Below, piece after piece: positions 40,318 through 43,470 of a DNA stretch of 43,470 bases. Position 1 is the stretch's first letter, and each line of letters opens with the position of its first letter. The DNA comes from a virus: IMG/VR virus record IMGVR_UViG_3300032883_000247, positions 1 to 43,470 of that record; one strand, written 5' to 3'. The translations under genes and the position numbers were made by a program. The notes under the pieces are model-generated. The model was not told where the DNA came from, searched no databases, and saw only the letters and a program-made list of their open reading frames with translations.

Positions 40318-43073
40318 TGCCCGTTCCCTATCGCGAGTGGTCGCTCTTTCAACACGTGGGTTTTAAGAGGTCGAGTCTGGACAACACGGAGGATCGGATT
40401 CACTGGTTCGCCGCTCGATACGATTATGGGCTCGCGGGGATCTGGACGACGACCGGGCCGGTCTATTGGAAATATAAAACGATCGCTCGGCCGGTCAATG
40501 ATTTCGATCCCGATCCGATCAACCTCAACCTCCTCGTCGATTTCGAGTGCGATATCTTCGTCGCTCCTTATCAGATGGGTACGGCCACGCATTTTCATCT
40601 TGATTTCGGAGCTCAATCCTACCCCGTTTCGCCGGCCACGTGGGACTCGCTCCTCGCGAACGGCCAACTCTACGATAGCGTCAATTATTGGTGTCCTCTC
40701 CTCTCGGTTCCATTCGGGCCGATCGGCAGTTTTTGGTCAACACACCTCGAGCAAATCAACGTGCCGATCCTCCTCGTCAATCATCGAAACTACGGGTGCT
40801 CCTATAAGGCCGGCCTCGGGCCGGAAGTCTGGACGAACAAATACGAGTACGAAAATAACGGATTCCATCTCAGCATCGCAAATGTCACGGGATCGCCTCT
40901 CGCGCCGGGAGATTATTGCACGGTGGCGATCCAACTGAAACGCCTCCGATATCTCTACCTCAATCCTGTGGTCAATTCGTTCTCCCGCTACTCGATGCCT
41001 GCGGCGGGAGGAGTCGCGATCGTTCTCTCCGGCCTCGGATTCAATAACACGGATCTGGAGGTCTCCGATCCCGTGAAAAACTCGTCCAACTCCGTGCCTC
41101 CGGCCGGAGGATGGAACGATACCGTCTATCACATCGAATTCCGAGGTTTGCAGGGGCAGGGGACGTACACGCTCCATGAGCACCTCGGCGATTTCGTCGT
41201 GAACGATAACGCGACACTCACGATCGCCGCGATGCCGGCGATGCTCGAGGGCTCCTACGATGTCTATCTCATCAAGGACAAGTGGAATCTCGGCGGCGGA
41301 TTCCCTGGATTCGGGCCTGGCTACGCCTATGCCGGCGATTGGCGATGCAAAACGGATGGCCGCCTCTATCGAGGCGCGCGCCTCACGTTTTTCGTTGGCG
41401 AGGGAGGGCCCGGCAAGAAAAAACCGGTGATCTATTCGAAGTGGAAATTTAAGGGCTACCTCGGTTCGATCTTTCGCTATTACTCGCCGATCGACGTGAT
41501 CGCTCCCTCAGTTTTCTACGACGGGCGAATCCTCGCGGCCTCCTCGCTCACGCGCGCCGTCTCCTCGCGGGAGGGACTCTATACGCAGAGCGACATGGAT
41601 TTCACGCTCGCCAACCACGATCTTGAATTCTCGCGCCTCCTCTCCGCCTATTTCCTCAAAAATCAGGTGGTCGAAATCTACTACGGATGGGCCGATCAAC
41701 CGGAGGCCTGGAAGACGATGGCCGCGCGCCTGATCGTCAACGACTACTCGCGCGCCGGCGCGGAGTTCAAGGCGCGCCTCCGCGATGTGACCACAAAGTA
41801 TTTCAAGCGAAAAGTGCCGCTCTACCGATGCACGGCGGCCGAATATCCGAATATCTATAAAAACGCGGTCAACAAACCGATGCCGGAGGTTGTAGGCATG
41901 GCTGTTCTCGCCACAGTGGGCCAAGGCGGGGCGATCGAGGCTGTCCTCGTGGATACGGCCTCGCGGCAATATCTCGCCTCGCGTGGGTCACTACACGCGG
42001 TTTTGGCAGTTTATAAAGACGGGGTCGCTCTCAACTCGGCGTTGTGGGCCGTCTCCTACGCCGATGGCGGCCGCACGTATATCACGATAGACGCCTCCGT
42101 CTATGATGCCGATTCAAAGATCACCTTCGATGCCGAGGGCTATATGTATGCCGCCTGGGACTCGGCCAACGGCTACGTGCAGAACCCGGCCTATGTGCTC
42201 GCCTTCTACCTCCTCCTCCTCATGGAGATTCCCGAGGAGTTTTTCGACTTCGATTCCTTCGATGCGCTTGCCTCTCTTTTTGAGGACGAGGGTGAGGAAA
42301 CGTCGGGATTCCTTGTCCTTCAGAATGAGGTGGATGGCGAGACGCCGCTCGGCGAACTCCTTTTCACGATGGGCGCGCTCTCCGGATTCTCGATCGCCGG
42401 AGCGTTTCACGTGGAACGTAAGACGCTCGCCGTCCTCGCCACGTCGCTTTTCATTTTCTCGCAGATCGATACGAAGGAGTTTCCGGAGACCACCTATAAC
42501 CTCGACCGCGCGATCAACCGCATCCGATATCGATGGGCTCATTATCCCGGTCAGGATATTTGGGACGGAGGGCAGGAGGCGAGCCGCGCCTCTAGTATCG
42601 CCGATTTCGAGGAGGAACTCGAGAGCTCCGAGTTCGTGGATTTCCCGTGGACGACCTCCTCGGCGTGGGCCGCCAAGCGCGCGGAGGAGGAACTCCTCAA
42701 GAACGGCTACGGCCAACCCGAGATCACGTTCGAGGTGGCCTTCCCCTGGATCGATTATCTTGATATCCTGACGGATTTCCGCCTCCAAGATCCCTTCGGG
42801 GTGAGTCTCACGGGATCCGGAGAGATCGGCCGCTATTGTTATGTCTCCTCGATCACCGTCGATTTCGATCAAATGAAACTCGGGATCACGGCCGCCGATC
42901 TCTCGTGGATTTTGCGTCAATACCTGATCCTCGGCGACGAGGCCGCGCTCGCCGCCAACTGGTCGGGCGCGACGGACGAGATGAGGATATATGCCTACCT
43001 CGCGGACGAGATCACGGGGAGGTTCGCGGACGGAGAGCCGGGCAAAAAACTCTGCTCGGAGAATCTAACGTAG
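40317..43073 (+). CDS. large tail tip / host-specificity protein
   Basis: 918-aa ORF with TAATG coupling after GGGAGG. Its position after the tape measure and Dit-like genes is typical of a Tal/gpJ-like protein. Confidence 0.6.
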   Translation: MPVPYREWSLFQHVGFKRSSLDNTEDRIHWFAARYDYGLAGIWTTTGPVYWKYKTIARPVNDFDPDPINLNLLVDFECDIFVAPYQMGTATHFHLDFGAQSYPVSPATWDSLLANGQLYDSVNYWCPLLSVPFGPIGSFWSTHLEQINVPILLVNHRNYGCSYKAGLGPEVWTNKYEYENNGFHLSIANVTGSPLAPGDYCTVAIQLKRLRYLYLNPVVNSFSRYSMPAAGGVAIVLSGLGFNNTDLEVSDPVKNSSNSVPPAGGWNDTVYHIEFRGLQGQGTYTLHEHLGDFVVNDNATLTIAAMPAMLEGSYDVYLIKDKWNLGGGFPGFGPGYAYAGDWRCKTDGRLYRGARLTFFVGEGGPGKKKPVIYSKWKFKGYLGSIFRYYSPIDVIAPSVFYDGRILAASSLTRAVSSREGLYTQSDMDFTLANHDLEFSRLLSAYFLKNQVVEIYYGWADQPEAWKTMAARLIVNDYSRAGAEFKARLRDVTTKYFKRKVPLYRCTAAEYPNIYKNAVNKPMPEVVGMAVLATVGQGGAIEAVLVDTASRQYLASRGSLHAVLAVYKDGVALNSALWAVSYADGGRTYITIDASVYDADSKITFDAEGYMYAAWDSANGYVQNPAYVLAFYLLLLMEIPEEFFDFDSFDALASLFEDEGEETSGFLVLQNEVDGETPLGELLFTMGALSGFSIAGAFHVERKTLAVLATSLFIFSQIDTKEFPETTYNLDRAINRIRYRWAHYPGQDIWDGGQEASRASSIADFEEELESSEFVDFPWTTSSAWAAKRAEEELLKNGYGQPEITFEVAFPWIDYLDILTDFRLQDPFGVSLTGSGEIGRYCYVSSITVDFDQMKLGITAADLSWILRQYLILGDEAALAANWSGATDEMRIYAYLADEITGRFADGEPGKKLCSENLT

Positions 43074-43082
43074 GAGATAAAT

Positions 43083-43397
43083 ATGGGCTATACTGATGGC
43101 GACAATTTCATCGATGGCGCGGTTCTCTCGTTTCAGGAGATGAACCGGATCAAAAACAACTGGCGTGCCGCCGCCGCTCCGGCCAACATTCAGCCGGGGA
43201 TGCTTTTCTCCGACTCCGACGATGATCGGCTCTACCATCGCGGGGCGGCCTCGGCGAGGGAACTCTATCAGCACGTAGTGAGCCGGACGACGCTCCCGCA
43301 GTTCGCGAACACGGATTTCAAAGCGATAAACGCGGTCTGTCTAAATGACTCTCCCGTTTGCCTAAATAACGAGATGGTTTTTCTGCCATCTTGGTAG
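43083..43397 (+). CDS. hypothetical tail-fibre-associated protein
   Basis: RBS tAGGAGataaat. 104 aa. The N-terminus MGYTDGDNFIDGAVLSFQEMNRIKNN resembles tail-fibre N-termini. The 3' end lies inside the terminal repeat. Confidence 0.65.
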   Translation: MGYTDGDNFIDGAVLSFQEMNRIKNNWRAAAAPANIQPGMLFSDSDDDRLYHRGAASARELYQHVVSRTTLPQFANTDFKAINAVCLNDSPVCLNNEMVFLPSW

Positions 43398-43470
43398 GAG
43401 GAAAATTATGGATTTGAGAGAAAACGCGGCCACGTTGCTGGCCAAGGTTGGCGGGATCAACGCGAAGTCG
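43348..43470. repeat. Terminal direct repeat, copy 2 (identical to 1-123)
   Basis: Exact 123-nt match to the window start. The implied unit genome length is 43347 bp. Confidence 0.95.

Noticed and set aside
43321-43380. Near-duplicate short motif tgtctaaatga / tgcctaaataa (encoding VCLND/VCLNN) at the edge of the terminal repeat, considered as a pac/cos-like signal.
   Set aside because: There are only two imperfect 11-nt copies inside a coding region, so coincidence or a small peptide repeat is equally likely.
1-43470. Inferring a cyanobacterial host from recurring GCGATCGC (HIP1-like) octamers.
   Set aside because: The excess is of GATC in general rather than of the octamer specifically. 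The near-universal strong GGAGG Shine-Dalgarno usage and high GC are not typical of most cyanobacteria. This cannot be judged without k-mer statistics against host genomes.
1-43470. Search for tRNA genes, CRISPR arrays, an integrase/excisionase, a reverse transcriptase (DGR/retron) or toxin-antitoxin pairs.
   Set aside because: No intergenic gap is long enough or shows tRNA-like conserved arms. There are no spaced direct-repeat arrays. I saw no ORF with recombinase (R..H..R..Y or serine-recombinase) or YxDD reverse-transcriptase motifs.

Overview
The window appears to be a complete genome of about 43.35 kb from a GC-rich tailed dsDNA phage. The first 123 nt are repeated exactly as the last 123 nt. 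All credible genes (about 70) lie on the + strand, are tightly packed, and are often joined by ATGA/GTGA/TGATG/TAATG stop-start overlaps behind strong GGAGG-type ribosome-binding sites. Gene order: (1) two tail-distal genes, including a GH-like lipoprotein (61-1817); (2) an early operon behind a near-consensus promoter, with small unknown ORFs and a DUF932-like protein carrying a Lys/Ala-rich tail (1945-4609), closed by a clean terminator; (3) an XRE-type HTH gene followed by a recombination/replication module with a Cas4-like PD-(D/E)XK nuclease, a replisome-organizer-like protein, RusA and a MazG-like protein (4767-9745); (4) small membrane and zinc-finger ORFs, a holin-like ORF coupled to a membrane-anchored RlpA/DPBB lytic transglycosylase, and a beta-class SPPF DNA methyltransferase (9742-13115); (5) a low-GC two-gene island (14046-15132); (6) an amidase_2 endolysin with an overlapping downstream gene pair (16360-17347); (7) a large ParB-domain/DNA-methyltransferase gene that contains an inserted PLP-dependent enzyme module and an apparent frame break (17344-19553); (8) TerS, TerL, portal, scaffold-like, decoration-like and major capsid genes (19577-26486); (9) an eight/nine-gene soluble glycosyltransferase, cupin and SAM-methyltransferase cassette embedded in the virion-structural gene block (26571-31999); (10) connector and head-completion genes, major tail protein, G/T chaperone with an in-phase A_AAA_AAC -1 slippery site, a 990-aa tape measure, and distal tail/host-recognition proteins (31999-43397). 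I found no integrase, tRNA or CRISPR array. The tetramer GATC, often as CGATCG or GCGATCGC, is several-fold over-represented throughout. The two most unusual items are the ParB-MTase-PLP chimera and the structural-operon glycosylation/methylation cassette. All functional calls come from motif recognition by eye and from synteny, not from database searches.
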